Assembly (NCBI GenBank): GCA_050246755.1
Contig: JBFWVL010000001.1
Span: 1,152,001 to 1,216,000, forward strand
Reading direction: 5' to 3'
DNA from: Bacteriovoracia bacterium
GTDB taxonomy: Bacteria > Bdellovibrionota > UBA1018 > CAIPTA01
DNA length: 64,000 bases
Positions within the stretch are counted from its first letter, which is position 1. Each line of letters starts with the position of its first letter. Below, piece after piece: positions 1 through 10,689 of the stretch. Position numbers and translations under genes: made by a program. The notes below the pieces were generated by a model. That model saw only the letters and a list, made by a program, of their open reading frames with translations. It was not told where the DNA came from and did not search any database.

Positions 1-484
1 CCGTAGCTAAATAACCTTGCTTGCTATAAAAGAGCACGATCTTCTGCACGGCGCCTTCCGCCACATCACGCTCAAATTCAAATCCGTCCTTGAGGTCGAT
101 CGCGGGCAAAATCACATTTGAGGAAAAAGAGCTGTTTCCCTCAAAAAGAATCTCGGCGATGCGCAGCTTCTGCTTGGATTTGACCAATAATTTAACGCCG
201 CCGCGAACGGGCGCTACATCGATGCCTAAAAATGATTCGCCGCCATTTTCATGGTACCAGAGAAGGATGGACCTCACCGCCGTGGGACTAAACTCTTTCC
301 CGCGCAGCGCTTCTACGCGCGCGCGCACGCCATCGGGCAGCACGTCGCCATCGTAGACCACCTCCATCACGCGTTCTCCCCGGTAGGCGGCCACCGCCTG
401 GCTGGCCTCTTCCGGCGAGGGAGAATTCGCCGCCCATAAAGGCGGAGAAACAAAAAGCGCTAAAAGCAAGAGCAGCCTCTTCAT
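1..484 (-). CDS. Omp85-family outer membrane protein (TamA/BamA-like), N-terminal signal peptide and POTRA region; runs off the window edge
   Basis: Not in the ORF track. Manual translation from ATG at 484: MKRLLLLLALFVSPPLWAANS...LRIAEILFEGNSSFSSNVILPAIDLKDG...VQKIVLFYSKQGYLAT. It has a signal peptide and POTRA-like 'I.FEGN..FS' and 'Y...GY' motifs, and overlaps the tamB stop (ATGA). Confidence 0.8.
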   Translation of the reverse strand, partial: MKRLLLLLALFVSPPLWAANSPSPEEASQAVAAYRGERVMEVVYDGDVLPDGVRARVEALRGKEFSPTAVRSILLWYHENGGESFLGIDVAPVRGGVKLLVKSKQKLRIAEILFEGNSSFSSNVILPAIDLKDGFEFERDVAEGAVQKIVLFYSKQGYLAT

Positions 485-3400
485 CGGAAGCCCCACCGGA
501 ATTTAAGGTCGCCGCCGTAGGAGTTTCTAACCTCGGTGGTGTCGAGTCCGGGCGTTTGCTCATACACCGCACTCACTGAGGCTTTGCGGCCCAAGCGATA
601 TTCCAAGCGCGCATCCACGGACTGGCCTTGCGTGGCACCAACCGTTCCCCCGAAAGACGCTTCTAGATTCCGCAAAATCTGCGTCTGCACGTAAACTTTC
701 GGAGCGGCCTGCCCGGTGGCGGTGTGAGGATGCACGATACTTTCCTCGGTATTTGTCACTGAGGGAGCAAGCTTCACGCGAAGGCCCTTCGATTGCAAAT
801 TTTGATTTATCTGTAACTGATCGAGTAAAATGGATCCTACCTCGGAATAGGCAATATTATTCGTATCGGTGGCATTTAGCTTCTTGGTATCTTCTCCGCG
901 ATAACCAAAAGCCAGCAGCGACACGATATCTTCCTGGGGAATCGATGGGTAGGACGAAAAGGTAATTTTGGGCTTATCGGTGGTGCCGCTAGCGAAAATA
1001 TTGATGCGATAATTATCTACGTTCGTGGTGCCGCCGATAGAGAATTGCGGATTAAAAATCTCCGGGCTGGGATTCCGGATGAGCGCGTGGTCGAGCGTGA
1101 AAGTAGAGCTGCGGAAAAGTAATTTTCCTCGCACCAACTCGGCTCGCACCACCATTTGCGGGTACTCGAAGTTATTCAGCAGCGTCAGCTCTCCGCGAAA
1201 CTCGGCGTTCAGTAAATCATTTTCTACGAATATGCCGCTGTCGGCCACTGCTCTAATTTTTGTTTCGTAGAAGGAGCGAGAACCTCCCATTTTTTCTGGC
1301 AGGTACCGCGCGTTCTTCAGGCCTTTCTGGCTGCCCACGCTGAAGTTATTTCGCATCATCACCCGCTTAACGTGCGCCGTGCCGCTGAAAAGATAAGGCG
1401 GATGCTCTCCCGTCAGACTGAGCTTTGCGTCGGCAAACTCGGCATAATTTACGGGATAGAATTTCAAGCGATTATTGGCGAGAAACAAATCGATATCGAA
1501 GCGCGGAGCCCGGCTCAAGTACAGATTCAGCCCGCCGGTCACCTGCACCGTGCCGCCGCCCAATTGCCCCTGCATGCCTTCCGCCGTTACTTTGGTGTCG
1601 GCAAACCGTAGCTTGCCTCGCAAGCCTTCCACAGGTGCGTCGAGGCCCATGAGCCGTAAGAATCCATCCTGAAAAGCAATGAAGCCTTGAAAATTGGCGT
1701 GTCCGCTGTCGCCGCGCAGCCCCAGATCCACTTCCATTTTTCCCCGGCCCTCCTCAATTAAGGGAGTGGCAAACTCGAGGAGCTTTAGGGAAACAGTACC
1801 CTTCACTTGGTTGTCTAAGCTGGACCCATCCACTTTCCCTTTCGCGCGGGCCACCAACTTGGAACCTTCCCCCTCCAGCCCGATGGGACCCGTCGCCACC
1901 AGGCCGTTTACCACTTTGATCTCCACGGGCGCCGGATTGCGAAGATAAAATCCGGCTTTGGAAAGCGTTATTTCCTGAAGCTGTCCTCCGCCATTCATCT
2001 CGGTCCAATTCCAGCCCTTCCAGGCAAACTTTCCGTCGGCCCGCAAGCGCAACGCGATAGATGGATCCGTGCAATTCGCTTTACTCAGCAGGCAGAGAAA
2101 ATAGTCGAAATTAGAATCACTTACTTTAAGTTCGGCCGTAGAATCATTGCGGGCGTTAGCGGCGATTTTTACGTTTAGTGAAATATCTTGCCCCACACTG
2201 GCGCGAATCACCGAATGATCCGCGTTCGTATCGTACTGAAAATCCACCTGCGGAAGCGGCTTCGTGCGCGCAAAAGCATTGGTCACCGCGAAGCGGGAAG
2301 TACTTTCAAGCGTTTCCCAACGCCCTTTTCCCTCACTATGGAACCGAAATAGGCCGTCTAGCGGAAGGCCCCATGCGGCCAGGAAGTCGAGATTCCTCAA
2401 CTTTCCGCGCTCAACGTCGAGCGAATAACGCATGTCCGCATCGATTTTATAATCGATATCTCCCTTAATTAGCGTTTCATATTTTTTGGCCGTCGCGTTG
2501 CGCGCATAAATCGTACCCTTCGTAAGGCCCGCTTGTGCATCAAATTCCTGCACCATCTCGCCCTTATAGGAAAGATTTCGGCCACGCACGCGGGCATCGA
2601 TTTCGAGAGTATTGAGCCCTCCGTCGTATCCACCACCCACTTTTACGCCCGCCGAGAGATCACCCGTCATTCCGTGAGGAATCCAGGAAATTTCCTTTAG
2701 CTGATGCGCGAAGATTGCGAAGAGGTCATCCGGACTGCCCTGCTCGAATACGGCAGCAAGTGAAATATCGTCGCCATCGCCCACGTTCACGCTTCCATTT
2801 ACGGAGTAACGGGCAGAACTTTTTTGTCCCTTAAGGTCAGAAATCGTTAAATAAGATTTTTTATCGTCGTAGGTGACTCGGCCATTTATTTCTCCGAAGT
2901 CAAAATTCAGGAATCGGGCATTTCTCTGACGTAAATCGAAATCCATTAGCACCGCTTTGCTGGGCCCATGCACATGCACTCGCACAGACCCTTCGCCGGC
3001 CACGGGAATTCCCGCGATATCACCAACCTCTTTCGTAAAATCCACCTGTTCGGAAGAGCCATACAAATCAAATCCGGCATCGGAAACACTGCCGCGAACA
3101 TCAAGCACGCCGCTGGGAAATACGAGCTTGCTTTCAGAAATCCGAACCTCACCCTGATCCTTGCGCCACTGTATGTTTCCATTCATCCGGAACGGCGCCA
3201 CTTTAAAGATCCGCTTGTACGGCCGCTTCTTATCAAAAACTTGGTTATTGAGCTCTAACTCACGCACCGCCAATTCCGGGCGTAAGCTGAGCGCGCTCAA
3301 TTTCGCTTTGCTGCCGGCAGCCAGGAACTCGAGCTTAATGCCTACCGTGCCGTCCGTCTCCAGCTTAAGGTTGTTCACGTCGTGACGAAGGTCTCCGGCG

Positions 3401-4530
3401 ACGTCTTGAAATTTCAAATTATTGAGAGTCAGCTGGATAACCTTCGTTTCCGGCCGAAAGGGCACCGATAGCTCCAGTTTATTTTTGAGCGCGATCCTTC
3501 CGCCGCCGGTTTGCGCTTCCAAAGAATCGAGAATGGCCAAACCGCCCCCGTAAGAACCCGCGGCCACTAATTTATCAATGTTCCAAAGCGAATAGTGAAA
3601 TTGACTGATCTCCACCTTCCCCTGGATGGCAGGATCTTTGATTTTTCCTACCACTTTGGCGTCCACGAGGACGTCCCCGTCGAAGGACGCCAGCTCCTTC
3701 TCGAAATCAGCCATCTCTTTTATCGATCCCCGCAAAATGATGTCGAGGTCGGGACGGAGCTCATTGGGATTGTCGATCGAGCCAACTAGTTTTCCCGCCG
3801 CGTGCATCACGGCATCTTTTCTTTGTACGTCCAGCGATGAGATCAAAATAAGATTCTTGCGCAAAAACGCTCCCACCTTGAGCGTCTTTAGATTTTCCTT
3901 CATTTTCGGCATCAAGATCTTGATCTCATCCAGATTGGCCACTAAGTCCGTACCTTCTTCGGATGGGGTCAAAGCGAGGTAGCCGATCTGTTTTATGAAG
4001 AGACGGGCCGGCTGATTCCCATCCATAAAGCCGAGATCGACCATTGTGTTGCGCAGCTCGAATTGACGTATATGAAGAAAAAATCCTTCGCCGATCTTTA
4101 CCTTGATCGGGCGATGTACGATTTCGCTAAGCTTATCGCCATTCGGCCCGCCCGAGCTTTTGGGCAGATCGAGACGCACTTCCGCGTCGCTTAAAAAAAC
4201 TTTATTGATCGAAATGCCGCTGCTAAATGCTTGGATCATCCGGAAGGTGAAACCTAAGCGGTCCGCCTTAAAGAGGGCATCCATTCCCAGGCCAAGCGCA
4301 TTTGCCGGCGAAAGAACTTTCACATCCACATTCAGAAGCGAAAGGCTGGGCGGAAGAACTCCGATTTTGAGACGATCGAAATTCAGCTCTACTCCCAAAT
4401 TACGTGCCACCCGCGACTGAATATTTTGCTTGGCTAAACGGGCAAAACTTTCAGACTGGATGTACAGCACGGCGATCGTGGTTACGGAAACCACCATCAG
4501 CATAAAAATCCAAAAAATCCGTTTACCCAT
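481..4530 (-). CDS. tamB: Translocation and assembly module TamB (DUF490 C-terminus)
   Basis: 1349 aa with an N-terminal TM anchor and beta-rich repeats. The C-terminus has 'PKITFSSYPSIPQEDIVSLLAFG...LEYRLG...GGDLKFRWGFR'. It lies next to an Omp85 gene. Confidence 0.88.
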   Translation of the reverse strand: MGKRIFWIFMLMVVSVTTIAVLYIQSESFARLAKQNIQSRVARNLGVELNFDRLKIGVLPPSLSLLNVDVKVLSPANALGLGMDALFKADRLGFTFRMIQAFSSGISINKVFLSDAEVRLDLPKSSGGPNGDKLSEIVHRPIKVKIGEGFFLHIRQFELRNTMVDLGFMDGNQPARLFIKQIGYLALTPSEEGTDLVANLDEIKILMPKMKENLKTLKVGAFLRKNLILISSLDVQRKDAVMHAAGKLVGSIDNPNELRPDLDIILRGSIKEMADFEKELASFDGDVLVDAKVVGKIKDPAIQGKVEISQFHYSLWNIDKLVAAGSYGGGLAILDSLEAQTGGGRIALKNKLELSVPFRPETKVIQLTLNNLKFQDVAGDLRHDVNNLKLETDGTVGIKLEFLAAGSKAKLSALSLRPELAVRELELNNQVFDKKRPYKRIFKVAPFRMNGNIQWRKDQGEVRISESKLVFPSGVLDVRGSVSDAGFDLYGSSEQVDFTKEVGDIAGIPVAGEGSVRVHVHGPSKAVLMDFDLRQRNARFLNFDFGEINGRVTYDDKKSYLTISDLKGQKSSARYSVNGSVNVGDGDDISLAAVFEQGSPDDLFAIFAHQLKEISWIPHGMTGDLSAGVKVGGGYDGGLNTLEIDARVRGRNLSYKGEMVQEFDAQAGLTKGTIYARNATAKKYETLIKGDIDYKIDADMRYSLDVERGKLRNLDFLAAWGLPLDGLFRFHSEGKGRWETLESTSRFAVTNAFARTKPLPQVDFQYDTNADHSVIRASVGQDISLNVKIAANARNDSTAELKVSDSNFDYFLCLLSKANCTDPSIALRLRADGKFAWKGWNWTEMNGGGQLQEITLSKAGFYLRNPAPVEIKVVNGLVATGPIGLEGEGSKLVARAKGKVDGSSLDNQVKGTVSLKLLEFATPLIEEGRGKMEVDLGLRGDSGHANFQGFIAFQDGFLRLMGLDAPVEGLRGKLRFADTKVTAEGMQGQLGGGTVQVTGGLNLYLSRAPRFDIDLFLANNRLKFYPVNYAEFADAKLSLTGEHPPYLFSGTAHVKRVMMRNNFSVGSQKGLKNARYLPEKMGGSRSFYETKIRAVADSGIFVENDLLNAEFRGELTLLNNFEYPQMVVRAELVRGKLLFRSSTFTLDHALIRNPSPEIFNPQFSIGGTTNVDNYRINIFASGTTDKPKITFSSYPSIPQEDIVSLLAFGYRGEDTKKLNATDTNNIAYSEVGSILLDQLQINQNLQSKGLRVKLAPSVTNTEESIVHPHTATGQAAPKVYVQTQILRNLEASFGGTVGATQGQSVDARLEYRLGRKASVSAVYEQTPGLDTTEVRNSYGGDLKFRWGFR

Positions 4531-4533
4531 CTA

Positions 4534-7275
4534 CTACTCTTCCAACTTGTGGCGGATATTGCGGTAGTTGGAATCTAGCTCGGCTACTTTTTTAAAAAAT
4601 TCCTTGGAGCGATCGAGCTGGCTCATTTTTGCGAATAGTTCCCCTAGCGCGTAATAAATCTGAATTTTTTCCTGCTCCGATTTATCTGCATTTGCGCTCA
4701 GCTTCTTCAAAATGGAAGCCGCGCCCGCGTAGTCTTTACGGGAAAACTTAGAAACAGCGGCAAGGTAGTAAGCATCGAAGGAAAAATCCGGATAGTCAGC
4801 CACGACGCGAGAGAAAACCTTTTCCGCGGGGCGATAGAGCCCCATTTCGTGAAGGCCAATCCCAAAATCGATGATCGTGCGCGGGTCATTTTCGCGGAAT
4901 ATCTCTTCTAGCTTCGCATCAATGGAGCTTTCGATCTCCTCGCCAACTTCCGTTTTTTCTCCGATATCGAACTCTTTCTCGAGGCGCTCGAGAATGTCGC
5001 TGGAGCGCTCACGCCCCGTTTCATCGTTGGAAACGGCCTGATAGAGGCTCTCGGGTAACTCTAGCTTCCGTATATCACCCAGACGCTTCCTCACCACTTC
5101 GTCGCTCGCGCCAAGCACCTGGGCATGCCGCAGGGCTTTTCGGGCGAGATAGTAATTTCTTTTAGCGATGAAACGCTCCGCCTTACGCAGCATTACGGCC
5201 GGGTCCGAAGCCGCCGGCTCCTTCTTGGACTCTTGCGCAATTTCCTTGAAGAGATGCTGGGTAGCATTCACTTTAGGGGGCGCCAGTAAAATTCTGGTCG
5301 CGCCATCAAGTAAGTCATCTCCCATGTCCACACCTGGATCTGCTTCTGCAATGGCCTCAGTTGGGCCGCCTTCGGGAATCGGCATCAGCCCTTGGCTCGA
5401 ACTCCCCTCTCCCGGGAAAGGGGGCGCGTGCATAATTTGGGTGGCGCCATCCGCATCAGCCGCGGCTTCCGCCGGCTTAGGCTCTACGCCCGCATACCGT
5501 GATTTATCGATGACGGCGTTCGGCTGGCTATCGGACTGAGCCTGGATGATTTCCATTGGCGAAAAGATATCGGTCTCAACTCCGTTGAGATTCAAGTCAT
5601 GCCACGCGCCAGCCGGCGGTTCGATGGCCATGGTTCTGGATGGAAGAGTAGAAGAAGTTGGCTCGGCGGGAGGTGGCGGATCGATGATTTTCGTTTTTAC
5701 GTCATTGTAGTTCCCGGTGGCCCGGCTAGTAGCATCGATTATCTCCATCGGCGAGAAAATGACGGTTCGCTCACTATCGGCATTTAGCACGGGAGACTCG
5801 GCAGGCGCGTTCATATGCTCAAGCGGATTAAAGCCAGATTTTGGCGGAACCTCACTTTCGGGCGGGGGGCCTTCGGCAGAGGCATATTCCGAAAGCGGGG
5901 ACACCGTTGTGGCGGAAGTTCCCTGCATGGGTTCCGCCATAGTTTTTTCCGCGGGGGCGGAAAGTTGACCCACCATAGTGGCCTCATCGGCGATGGGAAT
6001 CCCCTCCACATCCTCCGGTGGACGAACTATGGTGGTTTCGGCCGGAGCAATCACCGCGGGGTCGGCGCTTTTTTTCTCCTCCGAGAGATGCTGGATCTCC
6101 AGATCACCATCGCCGCTTCCTAATTCAATCTCGGCCGGAGGAAGCTCGGGCCCATCCGCAAAGGACGATGCATGATCGGCACTCTCGACCTCAGGCGTGG
6201 GCGGCGGCTTGATAAAAGGCATGGTGATCGAAATTTGAGACGGAATTTTTTCTGGAGGCGCCCCTAGGCTCGGCTCTTGCTCCACCACCGGCGTGGGCGG
6301 GGTGGCCTGTTGCCCTCGCAATGCATCCACAAACTGCGAGGCATCCATGTGATCGCCGGTTTGCTCCACAAACGCAATCCATCCGTTTTTTTCCACGAAT
6401 GCATCCACCAACTGAGTAAGAGTGGAAATATCCTCCACCGATTTGTCCGCAGCTAGACGCTCCTTGAGAAGTCTAAAAACAAAGTAGGCCTCGTTTAGCC
6501 GCTCGCGTTCCGCAAGCACGCGGGCAAACAACAACAGGCCAAGGCAGAAATCGGGTTCACGCCGCAGACATTCGCGAAGAAAATGAAAAAAATCCTTAAA
6601 ACGTCCACGCCGGTAAGCGCTCCAGGCCGCCGCGTACGCGATTTTCGGATCACGTGGAAAGAACGCAACCAGCTTTTTAATTCCTTCGAACACCGGCTCG
6701 GAAAGCGCGGCGGGCTCTCCGCCCACGGAAAACTCCTCCGAGACAATTCCCGGCGGCCCGCAAAGGGCCACCAACAGGTGAACGAGCTTTTTCTCCGCCT
6801 GCGAAAGCAGCATTACCTCGAGCCAGGCCTGCTTGAGGATATCGTCTTTGCCATTTAGGCGAACGAGCATGGGTAAAATATTAGCGGCATCGAAGTACTT
6901 TTTTCGGCGCAAGTAGTATTGAAAAACGCTTTGGGCCTGCGTTTGCGCGTCGCCCACCTTGCCTACGCTCTCGCATTCTTGGGCAAAGCGGAGCTTCAGG
7001 GAAATGTCGTTCGGGGTCAGCTCAAGGGCCTGCTTATAAACGGCAATGGCCACTTGGGCTTTGCCCACTTCGCTCAAGCGGTTAGCGAGCGCGGTAAACG
7101 TGGCCGCTGCTTTTTCTTTGCTGCCCCCGGCAGCATAGGCATTGGCAAGTTTAGTGGTGGCCAATTGATTGGTCGGTTCGGCTTGAAGCGCAAACTTTAG
7201 CTTTTCGATAGCTTCGGGAAGCTTCCCCCGATCGAGGAGCTTGTCCGCTTCAGCGATGATCTTCTGGACAGACAT
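4534..7275 (-). CDS. Large TPR scaffold protein, SgmX/Bd2492-like (N-terminal TPRs, long acidic Pro-rich linker, C-terminal TPRs)
   Basis: TPR repeats at both ends, ending 'YYALGELFAKMSQLDRSKEFFKKVAELDSNYRNIRHKLEE'. Its position between accC and tamB matches recalled Myxococcus sgmX and Bdellovibrio bd2492 synteny. Confidence 0.75.
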   Translation of the reverse strand: MSVQKIIAEADKLLDRGKLPEAIEKLKFALQAEPTNQLATTKLANAYAAGGSKEKAAATFTALANRLSEVGKAQVAIAVYKQALELTPNDISLKLRFAQECESVGKVGDAQTQAQSVFQYYLRRKKYFDAANILPMLVRLNGKDDILKQAWLEVMLLSQAEKKLVHLLVALCGPPGIVSEEFSVGGEPAALSEPVFEGIKKLVAFFPRDPKIAYAAAWSAYRRGRFKDFFHFLRECLRREPDFCLGLLLFARVLAERERLNEAYFVFRLLKERLAADKSVEDISTLTQLVDAFVEKNGWIAFVEQTGDHMDASQFVDALRGQQATPPTPVVEQEPSLGAPPEKIPSQISITMPFIKPPPTPEVESADHASSFADGPELPPAEIELGSGDGDLEIQHLSEEKKSADPAVIAPAETTIVRPPEDVEGIPIADEATMVGQLSAPAEKTMAEPMQGTSATTVSPLSEYASAEGPPPESEVPPKSGFNPLEHMNAPAESPVLNADSERTVIFSPMEIIDATSRATGNYNDVKTKIIDPPPPAEPTSSTLPSRTMAIEPPAGAWHDLNLNGVETDIFSPMEIIQAQSDSQPNAVIDKSRYAGVEPKPAEAAADADGATQIMHAPPFPGEGSSSQGLMPIPEGGPTEAIAEADPGVDMGDDLLDGATRILLAPPKVNATQHLFKEIAQESKKEPAASDPAVMLRKAERFIAKRNYYLARKALRHAQVLGASDEVVRKRLGDIRKLELPESLYQAVSNDETGRERSSDILERLEKEFDIGEKTEVGEEIESSIDAKLEEIFRENDPRTIIDFGIGLHEMGLYRPAEKVFSRVVADYPDFSFDAYYLAAVSKFSRKDYAGAASILKKLSANADKSEQEKIQIYYALGELFAKMSQLDRSKEFFKKVAELDSNYRNIRHKLEE

Positions 7276-7348
7276 GGGCCTCCTACCCGTTCATCTCCGT
7301 CAGCACTTTTTCCTCGTCGAAAAAGTGCGTTATCTACCCAGAATTATT

Positions 7349-8707
7349 TTAACTTTTCTTAGCGAGAAACTCTTCCAAAAAGTGCGTATCGTATTGATTA
7401 TCCAAGAATTTTTTATCCTTTAGCACCTTGGAATAGAAGGCTCCGTTAGTACGGATTCCGCCGATTTTTAACTCGTCTAAAGCCCTCTGCATTTTCATCA
7501 CGCAAAGCTCACGATTCTCTTCATGCGTGATTAATTTACCAAGCAGAGAATCATAGTGAGGCACTACCGTGTACTGATCATAGATAAAGCTATCGAAGCG
7601 GACGCCGTAACCACCGGGAACGTGTAAACCTTCAATTTTTCCCGGGGATGGACGCATGGTATCTGGATCCTCGGCGTTAATTCTACACTCCATCGCGTGG
7701 CCATATATTTTCACATCCTGCTGGCGGATATCTAGTTTTTCCCCAGAAGCGATCCTTAGCTGTAATTTCACGATATCGATACCCGTTACCATTTCGGTAA
7801 CAGGATGCTCTACCTGAACTCGGGTATTCATTTCCATGAAGTAAAAACTCTTACGGTCGTCATCCAGGAGAAATTCCACGGTACCGACATTTTGGTAACC
7901 TACCTCTTTAACGAGGGCGAGGGCGGCGTCTCCCATTTTTTTGCGTGTTTCCGCATCAATAACGGGGCAAGGAGCTTCCTCGATTAGCTTTTGGTGGCGG
8001 CGCTGCACGGTGCAGTCTCTTTCCCCGAGATGGATCGCGTTACCGTGATGATCCGCGGCCACCTGAATCTCTACGTGGCGAGGATGCTGCGCGTATTTTT
8101 CCAGGTAAACTTCGGTGCTTCCGAATGCGGCTCCCGCTTCAGAACGAACGCGATCAAAGGCCGAGACCAGTTTTTCATGATCAAAGATCACCTGAATGCC
8201 ACGGCCGCCGCCGCCCGCGCTCGCCTTTAAGATCACGGGATAACCGATTTTTTTTGCTTCCTTCTCCGCTTCGGCGAGAGATTTTACGGAACCAATCGTT
8301 CCCGGCAAAAGAGGGAGTCCGGCCTTAACCGCCGTGGCGCGCGCGGAAACCTTATCTCCCAATAGGGCGATATTCTCAGGCTTGGGGCCGATAAAAGTAA
8401 TATTGCAGTCACGGCAAATGCGGGCGAATTCTGCATTTTCGGAAAGAAATCCGTAACCAGGATGAATGGCATCCGCGCCCGTAACCTCTGCGGCCGCCAG
8501 CACAAAAGGAATATTTAAATAAGAAAGCTTAGAGGCCGGCGGGCCAATGCACACTGCTTCGTCGGCGAGCTTCACGTGCAAAGAATGCTCATCGGCTTGA
8601 GAGTAAACGGCCACCGTTTCTAAGCCGAGATCCCGGCACGCGCGAATAACCCGGAGAGCGATTTCCCCTCGGTTAGCCACCAGTACTTTGCGAATTTTTC
8701 CTGGCAA
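7349..8707 (-). CDS. accC: Acetyl-CoA carboxylase biotin carboxylase subunit
   Basis: Motifs 'KVLVANRGEIALRVIRAC', 'HPGYGFLSENA', 'GGGGRG', 'FMEMNTRVQVEHPVTE'; TTG start. Confidence 0.97.
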   Translation of the reverse strand: MPGKIRKVLVANRGEIALRVIRACRDLGLETVAVYSQADEHSLHVKLADEAVCIGPPASKLSYLNIPFVLAAAEVTGADAIHPGYGFLSENAEFARICRDCNITFIGPKPENIALLGDKVSARATAVKAGLPLLPGTIGSVKSLAEAEKEAKKIGYPVILKASAGGGGRGIQVIFDHEKLVSAFDRVRSEAGAAFGSTEVYLEKYAQHPRHVEIQVAADHHGNAIHLGERDCTVQRRHQKLIEEAPCPVIDAETRKKMGDAALALVKEVGYQNVGTVEFLLDDDRKSFYFMEMNTRVQVEHPVTEMVTGIDIVKLQLRIASGEKLDIRQQDVKIYGHAMECRINAEDPDTMRPSPGKIEGLHVPGGYGVRFDSFIYDQYTVVPHYDSLLGKLITHEENRELCVMKMQRALDELKIGGIRTNGAFYSKVLKDKKFLDNQYDTHFLEEFLAKKS

Positions 8708-8710
8708 GGC

Positions 8711-9169
8711 TTACGGCTCGATCTGAAAAAGCGGTTGACCGTACTGAACGGGTTGGCCGTCTTTCACAAGCATCGATACTACTTTGCCCGGAAATTCCGC
8801 TTCGATTTCGTTCATGATCTTCATCGCTTCGATGATGCAGAGGACATCACCTTTTTTCACCCGGCCGCCAACTTCCACGTATTTAGGAGAGGTGGGGGCG
8901 GGAGAGGCATAAAAAGTTCCCACAAAAGGCGAAAGAACCTCTTTATTGCGCGACTCCACTTTCGCGGGCGTGGGCGCAATAAGAGCAGCTTCTGGTTGTT
9001 TGGCGGCCGGAGCCGCAGAGCTGGCGTAAGTAACGGTGGGCACGGGAGCCCCCGCAAAATCCTTACGGATGCGAATGCGTTCTTTATTTTTTTCCCATTC
9101 GAGTTCGGCAATTTCCGATTTCTCAACGAGCCTGATAATTTTCTCGAGCTCTTTTAACAACATTCTCAT
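8711..9169 (-). CDS. accB: Biotin carboxyl carrier protein
   Basis: Biotinylation motif '[13 protein letters not shown]' and 'SPFVGTFY'. Confidence 0.97.
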   Translation of the reverse strand: MRMLLKELEKIIRLVEKSEIAELEWEKNKERIRIRKDFAGAPVPTVTYASSAAPAAKQPEAALIAPTPAKVESRNKEVLSPFVGTFYASPAPTSPKYVEVGGRVKKGDVLCIIEAMKIMNEIEAEFPGKVVSMLVKDGQPVQYGQPLFQIEP

Positions 9170-9726
9170 GTTACCTTTTCGATATAGGAATTATCACGGG
9201 TGTCGATTTTAATTTTATCACCCTCATTGAGGTGCATTGGTACCGTCACCACGGCCCCAGTTTCGAGAGTCGCCGGCTTACCACCTCCGGAAACAGTATC
9301 ACCCCGGATTCCGGGCTGGGTTTCGGTGATCGTCAGGGTAACAAACGTGGGAACCTCCACCGCAATCGGGCGGCCCTTATAAAAAAGCACGCCGATCTGA
9401 GCGCCTTCCTGGAAGTAGTTCTTGCGATCACCCACCTCCTTTTCGGAGAGCTGAATCTGTTCGTAATTTTTTTGGTCCATCAAATGGTAGCCGTCGTTGT
9501 CGGAGTACATGTACTGATACTGACGCTCTTCCATGTCCGGAACGCCTACTTTTTCACCGCTGCGGATATTGCGCTCGATGGAATTTTGCGTAAGCAAATT
9601 TTTCATTTTGGTGCGGGTGAAGGCCGCGCCTTTTCCCGGGGACACATGCTGGAAATCCACGATCAGATAAGGGGCGCCTTCGAACTCAATTTTCAACCCT
9701 TTGCGGAAATCGCCAGTTTCGTACAT
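9166..9726 (-). CDS. efp: Translation elongation factor P
   Basis: '[15 protein letters not shown]' and '[21 protein letters not shown]'. Confidence 0.98.
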   Translation of the reverse strand: MYETGDFRKGLKIEFEGAPYLIVDFQHVSPGKGAAFTRTKMKNLLTQNSIERNIRSGEKVGVPDMEERQYQYMYSDNDGYHLMDQKNYEQIQLSEKEVGDRKNYFQEGAQIGVLFYKGRPIAVEVPTFVTLTITETQPGIRGDTVSGGGKPATLETGAVVTVPMHLNEGDKIKIDTRDNSYIEKVT

Positions 9727-9745
9727 ATATTCTCCCTATTCGATC

Positions 9746-10642
9746 TTATGCGCCGATGCGTTTTAGCAAGCGGACTCGCGCCAACATTTGCTCCAAAGCA
9801 CTCGCTCTTTTGGCTAGGGCATCGGATGGATTGGGCTTCGGCCCGCTTGACGCTCGAAGCACTATTCCATCAGATTCCAGCACTTGCAAGGTTTCTCTAG
9901 CCCACACATTACCCTGATCTTCGGAGAGAATTTTGCGCAGCACCTTACTTGCTTTGGTCTTTAACCCTTGGCGTAAATAAAGTTCGGCAATGGTACGGGT
10001 GGCAAAAGTGGGCTCCTGCCCATCGTCAATATCCGCAGGATTATGGCTCGCCTGCATCGGCTCTAAGGGCGCCTTCGGCTGAACACGGGAAATCTCCGCT
10101 AAGGAATCGCCAAAAGAACCCACCTGAAACTCTTCTATTTTTCCCGTGGCAGGAGGTAAATCCACCGAGGCACGCGAAATTTTCGCGAGCGGAATATTCT
10201 GTTTCGCTTCGAGGTTTTCCAGCTCTTCGAGCGCGCGAACCGCTTCCACATCCTGAGGATAGAGCATCACCACCTTCGCCAAAGAACGAATGGCTGGTTT
10301 TCTCTGCCCAAGCCGTACGTAAATCTCCGCCTGTAGCTTATGCGCCTTCAAATTTTCCGGATTTTGCGCAATCGCCGCCCGTACCACCTCGAGCGCTTCC
10401 GCATAGCGGCGAAGGTCGAACAGGCAGCGCCCGCGCACCAAAATTGCGCTAGCTAGATTCGGGTGAAAAGCCAAACCTTCTTCTAAAATTTCCAGGGCTT
10501 GGGCGCAAAGCCCTTCCGCGCGATAGGCCTCGGCAAGGGAAACGAATACGAGCGAACGAGGGTTCTTCTGGAACTCCTTGAGTTGCTGCACCAAGGGCAG
10601 ATTACGCGCTAAGCCGGGGCGATAGCTGTGCTTTTCGTTCAT
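9746..10642 (-). CDS. TPR protein associated with the pilQ-efp locus
   Basis: N-terminal TPRs ('FVSLAEAYRAEG...ALEILEEGL') and a C-terminal 'ATRTIAELYLRQG' motif. Confidence 0.8.
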   Translation of the reverse strand: MNEKHSYRPGLARNLPLVQQLKEFQKNPRSLVFVSLAEAYRAEGLCAQALEILEEGLAFHPNLASAILVRGRCLFDLRRYAEALEVVRAAIAQNPENLKAHKLQAEIYVRLGQRKPAIRSLAKVVMLYPQDVEAVRALEELENLEAKQNIPLAKISRASVDLPPATGKIEEFQVGSFGDSLAEISRVQPKAPLEPMQASHNPADIDDGQEPTFATRTIAELYLRQGLKTKASKVLRKILSEDQGNVWARETLQVLESDGIVLRASSGPKPNPSDALAKRASALEQMLARVRLLKRIGA

Positions 10643-10689
10643 TCCTTGCTTATAACCTGCCGCGTAACCTAAGGCAAAATAGTCAGAAA

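Noticed and set aside
90-572. Short ORFs listed at the left end
   Set aside because: The real gene is the minus-strand Omp85/POTRA CDS starting at 484 and running off the window.
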